A stretch of 64,000 nt of DNA, taken from positions 6,933 to 70,932 of the forward strand of contig CACZLT010000023.1 of assembly GCA_902782185.1 (NCBI GenBank). The letters are read 5' to 3'. Source of the stretch: an uncultured Bacteroidota bacterium. GTDB taxonomy: Bacteria; Bacteroidota; Bacteroidia; Bacteroidales; P3. This document shows positions 27,650-39,287 of this stretch, piece after piece (positions within the stretch are counted from its first letter, which is position 1; each line of letters starts with the position of its first letter). The notes under the pieces were generated by a model. It ran no database searches. It saw nothing but the letters and a program-made list of their open reading frames with translations, and was not told the DNA's origin. Both the position numbers and the translations under genes were made by a program.

Positions 27650-28798
27650 ATGAACAGAGAATACACCATAAGGAAATCCACAGAGGACGACATTGATTTG
27701 ATACTGACGATGTTCGACCACTCGCGCAGCGTGATGCGGCGCGACGGCAACCACTCGCAGTGGGTGGGCTACCCCACGCGCGACGACGTGGCGGAGGATG
27801 TCCGCCGGGGAGTGTCGCACCTGATTGGTTCGGAGGGAGGGGAGCGGGGCGCGGAACCGATGCCTATCGGAACATTCGCTCTGGTTCCAGGCGAGGAACC
27901 CACCTACGCCCATATCGACCACGGACGCTGGATCGACACCCGCACCCCCTATTCCACCCTGCACCGCCTGGCCGCGCTGCCGGGCACCCGTGGCATCGCC
28001 CAGGCAGCCTTCCGCTACGCAAAGGCACAATGCAACTACCTGCGTGTAGACACCCACGCCTCCAACCGACCCATGCACCACATCCTTGCGAATGAAGGGT
28101 TTGTCTACAGCGGCATCATCTACATGTCCGACGGAGGCCCGCGCGACGCCTACGAGTGGTGGCGGTGGGACGGGGTGCCGGCCGACCTCAAAGAATATAT
28201 GGAAACAGCGATTCTACCCCGATACGACCTTTTCGACCCGGCACACCGTCGCGACCACGCGCGACGTGTCATGGCCCGCGCCATGGCGATGAGCCCCACG
28301 CCCGCAGCCTACACGGCAGCGGCGATGCACGACCTGGGGCTGGCCGAGGGGCGCGAGGGGCACCACCTGGCCTCGGGACGCATCATACGCCAGGACAGCG
28401 CGTTGCGCCGCTGGTTCAGCGCGGAGGAAATAGAGGCCATCGCCCAGGCCGCCGAGGATCACCGCGCCTCGGCCTCCACGGCGCCACGCTCGCCCCTGGG
28501 GTGCATCGTGGCCGAGGCCGACCGCGACGTGGAACCCCTCTCCATCGTGCGCCGCACCGTGGAATACGGCCTCGCACACCACCCCGCCCTCGACCGGGAG
28601 GGGCACTGGCGGCGCACCCTGGAGCACCTGCATGAGAAATACGACCACGGCGGCTACATCAAACTCTGGCTCCCCGACAGCCCCAACGCCGCCCCCCTGG
28701 CCGAACTGCGCGACCTCATCCACGACCTCCCACGCCTCCGCGCCCTCTTCGAGACCCTATTAAACGAAAGCGCCTACGGCGCAAGCCAGACCCATTGA
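27650..28798 (+). CDS. GNAT N-acetyltransferase fused to an HD-domain phosphohydrolase
   Basis: Residues 1 to about 175 are GNAT-like (...GNHSQWVGYP...RVDTHASNRPMHHILANEGF...). From about 180 to 382 the sequence is HD-like (ILPRYDLFDPAHRRDHARRV...MHDLGL...AEDHRAS). No stop separates the two halves. Confidence 0.7.
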   Translation: MNREYTIRKSTEDDIDLILTMFDHSRSVMRRDGNHSQWVGYPTRDDVAEDVRRGVSHLIGSEGGERGAEPMPIGTFALVPGEEPTYAHIDHGRWIDTRTPYSTLHRLAALPGTRGIAQAAFRYAKAQCNYLRVDTHASNRPMHHILANEGFVYSGIIYMSDGGPRDAYEWWRWDGVPADLKEYMETAILPRYDLFDPAHRRDHARRVMARAMAMSPTPAAYTAAAMHDLGLAEGREGHHLASGRIIRQDSALRRWFSAEEIEAIAQAAEDHRASASTAPRSPLGCIVAEADRDVEPLSIVRRTVEYGLAHHPALDREGHWRRTLEHLHEKYDHGGYIKLWLPDSPNAAPLAELRDLIHDLPRLRALFETLLNESAYGASQTH

Positions 28799-28820
28799 AC
28801 CATTAAAAAACCATTAAACC

Positions 28821-29312
28821 ATGAACACCTTTCTCATCATCATTGCCTTTGTCTGCCTTGCGGTGGGCATTGTAGGATCGGTGGCGCCCGGCCTGCCCGG
28901 CCCTCCCATCAGTTGGCTGGGCCTGCTGCTGGCAGGCTTCACGCCGTGGGTGGCCACGAGCCGCCCGCTCCTCATCGTAACCGCGGCGGTGGCCGTGGTC
29001 ATCACGGTGATGGACTACGTCATCCCCTCCGTCTCCACCAAGCGCTACGGTGGCTCGAAGTACGGCATCTGGGGCTGCAACATCGGCCTGCTGGTCTCCA
29101 TCTTCGGCCTGCCATTCGGCCCCACGGGGTTGCTGGGACTGGTCTTCTGGCCTTTCGCGGGTGCCTTCGTCGGCGAATACATCAAGAAACAGGACTTCCG
29201 TCCCGCCCTCAAGGCCGCCTGGGGTGCCTTCGTCGGATTCCTGAGCGGCACCCTGATGAAGGTGGCCTACTGCGTGGCCCTGCTGGTGGTGGTGATAGTG
29301 GCGATGGTGTAG
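28821..29312 (+). CDS. DUF456 family membrane protein
   Basis: MNTFLIIIAFVCLAVGIVGSVAPGLPGPPISWLGLLL... with four TM helices. Confidence 0.7.
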   Translation: MNTFLIIIAFVCLAVGIVGSVAPGLPGPPISWLGLLLAGFTPWVATSRPLLIVTAAVAVVITVMDYVIPSVSTKRYGGSKYGIWGCNIGLLVSIFGLPFGPTGLLGLVFWPFAGAFVGEYIKKQDFRPALKAAWGAFVGFLSGTLMKVAYCVALLVVVIVAMV

Positions 29313-29435
29313 CCCACGCACCTGCAGGGGCAGGCAGCGGTTGTCCGCGAGTCCCGACACGGCCAGTTTCGCGCCGGGACTCGTCGATTCCGTCCGGTGA
29401 AGAAAAAAAAAATTTGCCATGTCGAAAAAAGTTTG

Positions 29436-29443
29436 TACTTTTG
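29436..29443 (+). promoter_or_regulatory. -7 box (TACTTTTG), with TTTG at 29413..29416, for the second LRR gene
   Basis: Both the TAnnTTTG and the -33 TTTG elements are present at canonical spacing, about 99 nt upstream of ATG 29542. Confidence 0.6.
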
Positions 29444-29541
29444 CACTCGGTTTCGGCCCACTTGCGGCCGCGACCGAAAGTGATTGAAAATACGAAGCGT
29501 TATGCTCGTTCTTGCAGTTAGAATTCAAAATAATATAGATT

Positions 29542-32055
29542 ATGAAGAAGTTTTTGATTTTGATGGCCCTCCTTTGGGCGGCAATACCTGCTTGGAGCTA
29601 CGATTTTAGTGCGGTGGCTCCTTCGGGGCAGACATTATACTATGCTTTTGGTGGAAATGGAGGCGGAGTACGTGTGGTTCGGGGTCCAGTGATCCCTCTG
29701 GGGGGATTGGTTATCCCCAGCAGTGTAACCTACCTCGGTAGTGTGTATCCAGTAACCGAAATCGGCGACACTGCCTTTTTAGACTGCAGCGGCCTGACCT
29801 CGGTGACCATCGGCAACTCGGTGACCAGCATCGGTGAGGACGCCTTCTTTTACTGCATCGGCCTGACCTCGGTTACCATCCCCAACTCGGTGACCAGCAT
29901 CAGCTACGGAGCCTTCCAGTACTGCAGCGGCCTGACCTCGATTACCATCCCCAACTCGGTGACCAGCATCGGCGGCAGTGCCTTCTGGGACTGCAGCGGC
30001 CTGACCTCCATTGTGGTCTCCAGTGGAAACACCATATACGACAGCCGCAACAACTGCAATGCGATAATCGAAACTGCCACCAATACCCTCCTCTTTGGAT
30101 GCCAAACCACCACCATCCCCAACTCGGTAACCAGCATCGGAGACTATGCCTTCTATGACTGCAGCGGCCTGACCTCGGTTACCATCTCCAACTCGGTAAC
30201 CAGCATCGGCGGCAGTGCCTTCTGGGGCTGCAGCAGCCTGACCTCGGTTACCATCGGCAACTCGGTAACCAGCATCGGCGACTATGCCTTCATAGCGTGC
30301 AGCGGTCTGACCTCCATTACAGTCTCCAGTGGAAACACCGTATACGACAGCCGCAACAACTGCAATGCAATAATCGAAACTGCCACCAATACCCTCCTTT
30401 TGGGATGCCCAAACACCACCATACCCACCTCGGTAACCAGCATCGGAGACTACGCCTTCTCTGACTGCATCGGCCTGACTTCGGTTACCATCCCCAACTC
30501 GGTAACCAGCATCGGCGAAGGGGCCTTCGTTGGCTGCAGCGGCCTGACCTCGGTTACCATCCCCAACTCGGTGACCAGCATCGGCGACCATGCCTTCTCT
30601 TACTGCAGCGGCCTGACCTCGGTTACCATCCCCAATTCGGTGACCAGCATCGGCGACTATGCCTTCTGTCACTGCACTAGCCTGACCTCGGTTACCATCC
30701 CCAACTCGGTAACCAGCATCGGTGACGAGGCCTTCTGTAACTGCATCGGCCTGACCTCGGTTACCATCGGCAACTCGGTGGCCAGCATCGGCAACTGTGC
30801 CTTCTATCACTGCACTAGCCTGACCTCGGTTACCATCCCCAACTCGGTGACCAGCATCGACAGCGGTGCCTTCGCTGGCTGCAGCGGCCTGACCGCTATT
30901 ACGGTCTCCAGTGGAAACGCCGTATACGACAGCCGTAACAACTGCAATGCCATCATCGAAACGGCGACAAACACCCTCATTGCTGGATGCCAAAATACCA
31001 TTATCCCCAACTCGGTGACCAGCATCGGTGAGGACGCCTTCTTTGGCTGCAGCGGCCTGACCTCGGTTACCATCCCCAACTCGGTGACCAGCATCGGTGA
31101 GGACGCCTTCTTTGGCTGCAGCGGCCTGACCTCGGTTACCATCCCCAACTCGGTGACCAGCATCGGCTACGGAGCCTTCCGTTACTGCAGCGGCCTGACC
31201 TCGGTTACCATCCCCAACTCGGTGACCAGCATCGGCGGCAGTGCCTTCTGGGGCTGCAGCGGCCTGACCTCGGTTACCATCCCCAACTCGGTGACCAGCA
31301 TCGGCGGCAGTGCCTTCTGGGACTGCAGCGGCCTGACCACGGTCAATTTCAATGCCGACAGTTGCATCTATATGGGGAGCCAAAACGAACCTGTGTTTCA
31401 AGGCTGCACTAATCTGGAAACATTGAATATTGGAAACAATGTGAAAACTATTCCCTCGTATGCATTCTATGGATGTTCCAATTTGTCAGAGATACACTCT
31501 TTAAACAGGGTGGCACCGATATTGGGTTCTTCCGCATTCGAGGGTGCCCCTTCTACCATTCCCGTGCATATCCCTTGCGGAAGCTCGGCATCCTATTATT
31601 CCCGTTGGAGCTACTTCTCCAACTTCATCGAAGAAGCGGGATTTACTTTTACGGCCACCTCGGATAATGAACAGCAGGGTACCGTGCAAATCCTCACCAT
31701 GCCCACCTGCACCAGTCCGCAGGCAGAGCTCTACGCCACAGCCAACAGCGGCTACCGCTTCGACCACTGGAGCGACGGAAGCACGTCGAACCCCTATTCC
31801 CTGACCGTAACCGACGACCTTGACCTGATTGGTTATTTTGTGGCTGACGGCACCGAAGGCATTTCCGATATCGACGCCGACGGCCTCCGCATCTACAGCG
31901 AAAACGGCCGCATCGCAATCGAAGGAGCCGAAGGCGAAGCCGTCGCCATCTACAACATGATGGGCCGCGACGTCTGCAACGACAACCTCCCAGCCGGCGT
32001 CTACATGGTGAGAGTCGGCAACCACCCCGCCCGCAAGGTGGCGGTGATAAGGTAG
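29542..32055 (+). CDS. BspA-like leucine-rich-repeat surface protein with a T9SS C-terminal sorting domain
   Basis: It has a signal peptide and about 22 near-identical 23-aa units [19 protein letters not shown]. An RFDHWSDGS-type repeat domain follows. The C-terminus ...[22 protein letters not shown] is typical of a T9SS CTD. Confidence 0.85.
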   Translation: MKKFLILMALLWAAIPAWSYDFSAVAPSGQTLYYAFGGNGGGVRVVRGPVIPLGGLVIPSSVTYLGSVYPVTEIGDTAFLDCSGLTSVTIGNSVTSIGEDAFFYCIGLTSVTIPNSVTSISYGAFQYCSGLTSITIPNSVTSIGGSAFWDCSGLTSIVVSSGNTIYDSRNNCNAIIETATNTLLFGCQTTTIPNSVTSIGDYAFYDCSGLTSVTISNSVTSIGGSAFWGCSSLTSVTIGNSVTSIGDYAFIACSGLTSITVSSGNTVYDSRNNCNAIIETATNTLLLGCPNTTIPTSVTSIGDYAFSDCIGLTSVTIPNSVTSIGEGAFVGCSGLTSVTIPNSVTSIGDHAFSYCSGLTSVTIPNSVTSIGDYAFCHCTSLTSVTIPNSVTSIGDEAFCNCIGLTSVTIGNSVASIGNCAFYHCTSLTSVTIPNSVTSIDSGAFAGCSGLTAITVSSGNAVYDSRNNCNAIIETATNTLIAGCQNTIIPNSVTSIGEDAFFGCSGLTSVTIPNSVTSIGEDAFFGCSGLTSVTIPNSVTSIGYGAFRYCSGLTSVTIPNSVTSIGGSAFWGCSGLTSVTIPNSVTSIGGSAFWDCSGLTTVNFNADSCIYMGSQNEPVFQGCTNLETLNIGNNVKTIPSYAFYGCSNLSEIHSLNRVAPILGSSAFEGAPSTIPVHIPCGSSASYYSRWSYFSNFIEEAGFTFTATSDNEQQGTVQILTMPTCTSPQAELYATANSGYRFDHWSDGSTSNPYSLTVTDDLDLIGYFVADGTEGISDIDADGLRIYSENGRIAIEGAEGEAVAIYNMMGRDVCNDNLPAGVYMVRVGNHPARKVAVIR
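29785..31345 (+). repeat. array of 69-nt (23-codon) LRR repeats with a higher-order triplication
   Basis: ggcctgacctcggttaccatccccaactcggtgaccagcatcgg recurs many times. The block [24 protein letters not shown]...C....IP occurs three times. Confidence 0.9.
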
Positions 32056-32072
32056 CACCCACCCATATTCAG

Positions 32073-32118
32073 AAACCATGCTCACGGTTCACCCGCAACC
32101 ATGAGCATGGTTTTTCAT
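32073..32118 (+). terminator. intrinsic terminator of the LRR gene
   Basis: aaaccatgctca / tgagcatggttt forms a 12-bp stem, followed by tttttcattt, 18 nt after the stop. Confidence 0.7.
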
Positions 32119-32228
32119 TTGCAACCGCGGGAGCCCTGCACCAAGGCAAGAGGAACTGCCACCATCCCCTAACAGAGGAAGAAGAGAGGAAGAAGAGGGT
32201 ACCCCTAAAACACTGACAGTGAACAAAT

Positions 32229-32267
32229 AAAAAACCTGCCAAATCAGGTGATTTCGGCAGGTTTTTT
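32229..32267 (-). terminator. intrinsic (bidirectional) terminator downstream of proS
   Basis: aaaaacctgcc...ggcaggtttttt is a stem flanked by A- and T-tracts, about 27 nt after the restored proS stop. Confidence 0.7.
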
Positions 32268-32293
32268 CAAAAAATTTCGCTCCTAAATCCGGC

Positions 32294-33764
<1,471 letters not shown>

Positions 33765-33819
33765 ATTTTATTAGTTTACACAATAAAAAGAGAGGTTTGT
33801 CGTTTTGGAAGACAGAGTG

Positions 33820-33827
33820 CAAAAATA
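33820..33827 (-). promoter_or_regulatory. -7 box (TATTTTTG) for proS
   Basis: The reverse complement of caaaaata is TATTTTTG, about 56 nt upstream of ATG 33764. Confidence 0.55.
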
Positions 33828-33865
33828 CACAAAAAATTGGACGTGGAGATTTTTTTTGTTCAATA

Positions 33866-34705
33866 ATGACAAAAAGCATGACAAAACAGACAAGGATATT
33901 CTTGGCCACCCTGATGCTTACAATGGCAAGCAGCGCGACGGGGCAGGTAAAATTGACGGTTGATACCCTACAGTGCCATATCGTCGGCTTTTCGGCAGGA
34001 TTGCAACTTCCCCTCGGAGGGAGCAACAGCGAGGGGCTGGTAGGGGGCAACATGAAAGACCTCTACCACGGCCCCTACCTCGACTTTGGCGTTGAGTGGG
34101 ACTACCTGTTCCAGTCCGGGTGGTTGCTTTCCCTGGATGGGGACATCTGGTTCGGCGCCAGCAACGACAACCTTCAGCAGCGGGAAATCCGTATGGGCGA
34201 CGTGTACAATGCCCAAGGTCTGGCCATGACCTGGGGCGGGATTGACGGCGTGGTAACCGCCTACAACCGCAGCCTCGCCGTAAGACCCGGCATAGGGAAA
34301 ATATTCCACGTGCTCCCCAAGAACCCTAACTCGGGCGTACTCGTCAAGTTGAGCGGCGGCTGGTGGATGCAGAAAACCGTCTTCACCCAAGACATGAACG
34401 AGGGGCAAGTGTACCAACTGGACGAGGCATACCAACATCTGTACGACCACTACCGAAACGGGGTGATGCTCACCGAAAGTCTGGGATTTGCCTACATGAA
34501 CAATCACAACACCTACATCAACCTCAAGGTGTCAATCGACTTCAGCCAGTGCTGGAGCTGGTCTTCGCGCCCCCACACCCTCGACAACCTCATGCACCTA
34601 AACGGGAGGGACGACAGCCGCTACTTTGACCTCATGCTAGGCATCAAACTCTCCTGGCTGTTCCCCATTACTGGACGCACTTCGTACGACTACTACTATT
34701 ATTGA
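33866..34705 (+). CDS. hypothetical secreted protein, probably an outer-membrane beta-barrel
   Basis: The start was moved to MTKSMTKQTRIFLATLMLTMASSATGQ (signal peptide). The body shows an alternating hydrophobic pattern and the C-terminus is aromatic (...SYDYYYY). Confidence 0.5.
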   Translation: MTKSMTKQTRIFLATLMLTMASSATGQVKLTVDTLQCHIVGFSAGLQLPLGGSNSEGLVGGNMKDLYHGPYLDFGVEWDYLFQSGWLLSLDGDIWFGASNDNLQQREIRMGDVYNAQGLAMTWGGIDGVVTAYNRSLAVRPGIGKIFHVLPKNPNSGVLVKLSGGWWMQKTVFTQDMNEGQVYQLDEAYQHLYDHYRNGVMLTESLGFAYMNNHNTYINLKVSIDFSQCWSWSSRPHTLDNLMHLNGRDDSRYFDLMLGIKLSWLFPITGRTSYDYYYY

Positions 34706-34709
34706 ACCG

Positions 34710-35945
34710 ATGCGTTTCTTTTACACACTAGGAATACACCTATACACCATCGGCATCCGCATAGCCGCCCGCTGCGGCCACCGCAATGCGCGGTTGATGG
34801 TGCAAGGATGGGCAAGTGCTGAATGGAATGCGGCGAATGGCGAATGGGTGTGGTTCCATGCAGCCAGCCTTGGCGAATTCGAGCAAGCGCGCCCCGTGAT
34901 AGAAGCCTACCGCCAACGCCATCCCAATCGGCAGATTCTTCTCACATTCTTTTCCCCCTCCGGCTATGAGGTGAGGAGAACCTTCCCTCTGGCAGACCAC
35001 ATCCGCTACCTCCCCATGGACACGCCCCGAAACGCACGGTGCCTCATCGACACCTACCACCCCACGGCGGCCTTCTTTGTCAAATACGAGTTCTGGTACA
35101 ATTACCTTGACCTGTTGCATCGACGCAGCGTCCCCACCTATATCTTTTCCGCCATTTTCCGACCAGAGCAGTATTTCTTCAAACAGCCTGGAAGATGGTT
35201 CCTGAAGCAACTGGGCCGTTGCTTCACACACTTGTTTGTACAGAACGAGGAAAGCCTGAAACTGTTGAACCTGCACAGCATCAGCAACGCCTCCCTGGCT
35301 GGCGACACCCGCTTCGACCGTGTCCGACAGATTTCCATTTCCGATGAACGGGATGCGGACGTGGAACGCTGGATAGCCACAGCCCCCGAAAGCAAGATAC
35401 TCATCGCCGGCAGCAGTTGGGAACCAGACGAGGAGCTCATCGAGCAATACCTGTGCGACCACAAGGATAACCTTCGGCTCATCCTGGCACCCCATGTTGT
35501 CAGCCAGGCACACATCGAACACATCGGGCAGACCTTCCGCTGCCGCATCGTGCGCTACAACGAACTGGCCGCCTCCCGCCTTCCTGAATCCGAAGACCGC
35601 GTACTGCTCATAGACACCATCGGCATACTCTCCAAACTCTACCGCTATGCCGATGTGGCATATATCGGAGGAGGCTTTGGGGCAGGCATACACAACACGC
35701 TGGAGGCCATTGCCTTCGGGAAACCCGTCCTTTTTGGCCCCAACTACCACAAATTCCAGGAGGCGCACGACCTGCTGGCCATCGGAGGCGGATGGAGCCA
35801 CCACGACTATCCCACACTCGACAGCCACCTCACCCCCCTCCTCTCCGACACTTCAGCCTATGCCAGAGCCAGCCAAGCCTGCCTCCAGTACATGGCGAAA
35901 AACCTCGGCAGTACAGACAAGATACTCAACACCATTGAAAAATAG
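34710..35945 (+). CDS. waaA: 3-deoxy-D-manno-octulosonic acid (Kdo) transferase
   Basis: WFHAASLGEFEQARPVIEAYRQRHPNRQILLTFFSPSGYE and the C-terminal GGSF-like IGGGFGAGIHNTLEAIAFGKPVLFGP fit the WaaA/KdtA pattern. Confidence 0.85.
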   Translation: MRFFYTLGIHLYTIGIRIAARCGHRNARLMVQGWASAEWNAANGEWVWFHAASLGEFEQARPVIEAYRQRHPNRQILLTFFSPSGYEVRRTFPLADHIRYLPMDTPRNARCLIDTYHPTAAFFVKYEFWYNYLDLLHRRSVPTYIFSAIFRPEQYFFKQPGRWFLKQLGRCFTHLFVQNEESLKLLNLHSISNASLAGDTRFDRVRQISISDERDADVERWIATAPESKILIAGSSWEPDEELIEQYLCDHKDNLRLILAPHVVSQAHIEHIGQTFRCRIVRYNELAASRLPESEDRVLLIDTIGILSKLYRYADVAYIGGGFGAGIHNTLEAIAFGKPVLFGPNYHKFQEAHDLLAIGGGWSHHDYPTLDSHLTPLLSDTSAYARASQACLQYMAKNLGSTDKILNTIEK

Positions 35946-38295
35946 ACGGACACATATCATACTGGCATTTGCGCTGCTGCTCACCGGATGCTACACGAAC
36001 CGATACATCCCCGACGGCAGCCACCGACTCTATACCACTGTCCAGACTGTTGCCATGTCAGACAGTTCGGAAGTTACTCCAGAAGTGAAAGATGCCTTGA
36101 AAAAGTCCAACAACTACTACCTCCAACGCCGCAACTCGCGTGTACTGGGCATCAGGTGGCTGCCTGTAGGAATGCGCATCTACAGCATCGCCAGCCCCAA
36201 GGACAGCACCTTCTGGGGCAACTACTGGCGGCGGCTGGGGCAGGCACCCGTCGTCTACGACGAGGACAAATCACGCCGTACTGCACAGCAACTCCAAGGA
36301 CTGCTCCAATCCAAAGGCTGCTTCAACTCCACCGTAACCTTCGACACCCTCGAAGTACGCAAAAAGAAAATCACCATCGGATACCACATCACCGCCACCC
36401 AACGCTACATCATCGACGAAGTCGCCTACCACACCCAAAGCGACACCATCCGCCAACTGCTCGAAAAATGGAGAGACCTCTCGCCGCTCAAAGCCGGAAC
36501 ACCCTACGACCAAGAAAACATCGCAGCGGAACGCTCCCGCCTCATCACCAACCTACGCAACGAGGGGTTTTACTATGCCTCGGCCGAGCATATCTCCTTT
36601 CTGGTGGACACGACCTACCACAACCGCCGCCTATCCATCGACGTATACATCGACAGCCGGGATCTACGCATCTACCACATCAACAATATTTACATCTATC
36701 CCAACTCCACGGCTCGCCTCCGTTCCGCACTCTCCTCTTTCGACACACTTATCTACAACTACCCGGGCCTGACGCGTCGTTTCGACTATCAGTTCGTCTA
36801 CGACAAGCCCTTCTCCCTGCATCCGCAGACCATCAGCCGCGCCATGATGCTCTTCCCGGGCATGACCTACCGCCCGCGGCACGTCCAAAACACCTACAAC
36901 TCACTCCTCAACCTCCGAAACTTCAAATACATCAACGTCGAATTCAGCCCCTCCCCCTCCTCTTCAGACACACTGCCCCTGCTCGACGCCCATGTGCGAC
37001 TCGTCAACGCCCTCCAGCAACGCCTCTCCCTCTCCCTCGAACTCACCAACGCCTCACCCCTCGGCTCCGGCGACAGCATCTCCTTTCTTTCCGGAGGGAA
37101 CCTCGGACTCCAAACCGCCCTCGAATACCAGCACAAAAACCTCCTCGGCGGCGCCGAACTCCTCCGCCTCAAAGGCTCCCTCCTCCTCGAACTGCCCAAA
37201 CTGATTTTCCGAAACACCTCCGGCGGTTTCTACAACAACTTCAACGCCTTTGAAATCAACCTCGACGCCTCTCTCGACCTCCCTGTCCTACTCCTCCCCT
37301 ACTCCTCCGACCTCCGCCACCAGCGCACACGTCCGCACACCCTTATCTCCCTCGGCGGAAGCTACCAGTACCGATACCACTTCGAACGCATCCTCGCCAA
37401 CACCTCCTTCGGCTACACCTGGAGCCAAAACCGCCAAACCCAGCACCAGCTACTCCCCATCGAACTCACCTACGTCCGAATGCTCAACCTGGACAACCAG
37501 TTCGCCGCCCGCCTCTCCGGCATCAGCGACCTTCGCCTCAAATACCAGTATTCCAGCCACCTTATCCTTGACGCCCGCTACGACTACTCCTACTCCAACC
37601 AGCAACTCGGCTCCCGCCTCAACTTCTCCCTCCTCCGCCTCTCTATCGAAAGCGCAGGCAACGCTCTTCACCTCCTGGGCAACCTCGCCAACCTACAGGC
37701 CGACACCAACAACGTGCGCCAACTCCTTGGCGTACCCTTCTCCCAGTATGTCAGAGCCAACGGGGAGTTCACCCGCTACCACTACATAGGCGACCGCTCC
37801 ACCCTCGTCGCCCGTGTGCTCCTCGGTGCCGGAATCCCCTACGGGAACTCCCCCTCCATGCCCTATGAGAAAAGTTTCTTCGGCGGAGGTCCCACCACCA
37901 TGCGCGCCTGGCAACTGCGACACCTCGGCCCCGGCTCCTACAGCACCTCGGATAACATGCTCGAGCGCGTGGGCGACCTGCAGCTCGTCATCAACCTCGA
38001 AGGACGCTTCCCCATTGTCTCCATCTTCGAAGGCGCACTCTTCGCCGACATCGGGAACGTCTGGCTCCTCAACCCCTCCGACCAATACCCGGGCGGCGAG
38101 CTGCGCTGGGACAGGCTGCTGAAAGAGATCGCCGTCGGCGTCGGAATAGGCCTGCGCGCCAACGTCTCCGTCGCCACACTGCGCATCGACCTCGCCATAC
38201 CCCTCCACGACCCCGGTGCAGACCACCCCTGGCGACCGCCCCACTGGCGACCCAACCACATTGTAACCAACTTCGGCATCAACTACCCCTTCTGA
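35935..38295 (+). CDS. tamL: translocation and assembly module lipoprotein TamL (Omp85/BamA superfamily)
   Basis: An in-frame TTG gives (M)KNRRTHIILAFALLLTGCY, a lipoprotein signal. POTRA-like repeats and a C-terminal Omp85 barrel (FFGGGPTTMRAWQLRHLGPGSY...NYPF) follow. The ORF-track start at 35647 would overlap waaA by 300 nt. Confidence 0.75.
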   Translation: MKNRRTHIILAFALLLTGCYTNRYIPDGSHRLYTTVQTVAMSDSSEVTPEVKDALKKSNNYYLQRRNSRVLGIRWLPVGMRIYSIASPKDSTFWGNYWRRLGQAPVVYDEDKSRRTAQQLQGLLQSKGCFNSTVTFDTLEVRKKKITIGYHITATQRYIIDEVAYHTQSDTIRQLLEKWRDLSPLKAGTPYDQENIAAERSRLITNLRNEGFYYASAEHISFLVDTTYHNRRLSIDVYIDSRDLRIYHINNIYIYPNSTARLRSALSSFDTLIYNYPGLTRRFDYQFVYDKPFSLHPQTISRAMMLFPGMTYRPRHVQNTYNSLLNLRNFKYINVEFSPSPSSSDTLPLLDAHVRLVNALQQRLSLSLELTNASPLGSGDSISFLSGGNLGLQTALEYQHKNLLGGAELLRLKGSLLLELPKLIFRNTSGGFYNNFNAFEINLDASLDLPVLLLPYSSDLRHQRTRPHTLISLGGSYQYRYHFERILANTSFGYTWSQNRQTQHQLLPIELTYVRMLNLDNQFAARLSGISDLRLKYQYSSHLILDARYDYSYSNQQLGSRLNFSLLRLSIESAGNALHLLGNLANLQADTNNVRQLLGVPFSQYVRANGEFTRYHYIGDRSTLVARVLLGAGIPYGNSPSMPYEKSFFGGGPTTMRAWQLRHLGPGSYSTSDNMLERVGDLQLVINLEGRFPIVSIFEGALFADIGNVWLLNPSDQYPGGELRWDRLLKEIAVGVGIGLRANVSVATLRIDLAIPLHDPGADHPWRPPHWRPNHIVTNFGINYPF

Positions 38296-38301
38296 ACACC
38301 C

Positions 38302-39192
38302 ATGCACAACAAAGCAACCACCTACCTCCTCATCACCCTCTCCGTCATATTCTGGGGACTCAGCTTCATCATCACCAAGGAACTATTCCTCACCGAGGAA
38401 CACATGACAGTTACCCTCCTGATAACCCTGCGGCTCGCCATAGCCACCGCAGTCATGCTCCCCACCCTCGCCGCCATAGGGAAACTGCCCAAAATCAAGC
38501 GGGGCGACATCAAATGGTTCCTCCTGCTGACCCTGTGCGAACCCTTCATCTACCACCTGTGCGAGACCACCGGTGTGCGGCTCGTGAGCGGGTCGCTCGC
38601 CTCCGTGGTGATAGCGACCATACCCCTGTTCGTGCCTTTCGGCATGTGGGTGGCCTACCGTGAACGCATCCATCCGCTGATGCTGGCGGGAGTGGTGCTG
38701 TCCCTCGTGGGGGTGGGGCTGACGCTGGTGGGGGGCGAGGGGCTGACCGGCAACCTGAGCGGGATGCTCTTCCTGGCAGGGGCGGTTACCATAGCCGTGG
38801 TGTACACCCTGCTGCTGGTGAAAGTCGTGCACCGCTACAACCCCTTGGCCATCACCACCTGGCAGAACCTCATCGGGCTGGCGTACTTCCTGCCGCTGGT
38901 GATGGTGATGGACGGGGGGCGCCTGGCGCATCTCTCCTGGTCCCCCAAGATGCTTCTGATGCTGCTCACGCTCGGGATCGCCTGCTCAACTCTCGCGTAT
39001 GCCTTCTACAACCACGGTGTGCGCAGGCTGGGGGCGTCGCAGGCCTGCATATTCAACAACGCCATCCCCGTCTTTTCCCTCATCGCAGCGGTAGCCATCG
39101 GCCAGGAAAACTTCTCGTGGGTCAAGATGACTGGCATCGGGATTGTCGTCGCCGGGGTGGTGATCGCCCAGCTGCCCACCCTGAAGAGGTAA
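38302..39192 (+). CDS. EamA/DMT-family transporter
   Basis: It has ten predicted TM helices arranged as two EamA-like halves. Confidence 0.75.
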   Translation: MHNKATTYLLITLSVIFWGLSFIITKELFLTEEHMTVTLLITLRLAIATAVMLPTLAAIGKLPKIKRGDIKWFLLLTLCEPFIYHLCETTGVRLVSGSLASVVIATIPLFVPFGMWVAYRERIHPLMLAGVVLSLVGVGLTLVGGEGLTGNLSGMLFLAGAVTIAVVYTLLLVKVVHRYNPLAITTWQNLIGLAYFLPLVMVMDGGRLAHLSWSPKMLLMLLTLGIACSTLAYAFYNHGVRRLGASQACIFNNAIPVFSLIAAVAIGQENFSWVKMTGIGIVVAGVVIAQLPTLKR

Positions 39193-39193
39193 G

Positions 39194-39257
39194 GGTTCTC
39201 TAGGTACTCCCTAGATACTCTCTTAATGAATACATAAACTCTGACGCGCTATGGGAC
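39194..39257 (+). repeat. interspersed ~70-nt repeat, copy C (3' end truncated)
   Basis: GGTTCTCTAGGTACTCCCTAGATACTCTCTTAATGAATACATAAACTCTGACGCGCTATGGGAC starts 2 nt after the EamA stop. Confidence 0.9.
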
Positions 39258-39287
39258 AGTTGCCCCGCCGAATGGTGCCATAGCGGT

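Noticed and set aside
29785-31345. The regularly spaced near-identical repeats could be mistaken for a CRISPR array
   Set aside because: The period is 69 nt and in frame within one long ORF. The 'spacers' are themselves conserved LRR codons, and there is no leader or cas gene.
29779-31401. A 540-aa ORF on the minus strand across the second LRR gene
   Set aside because: It is the antisense image of the 69-nt LRR repeats: a monotonous [19 protein letters not shown] periodicity with no signal peptide or known motif. The plus strand encodes a clear BspA-like protein with a signal peptide and T9SS CTD.
35647-35934. The upstream ORF-track start for the TamL ORF (882 aa)
   Set aside because: It would overlap waaA by about 300 nt with a composition-biased sequence. 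The TTG at 35935 yields a canonical lipoprotein signal.
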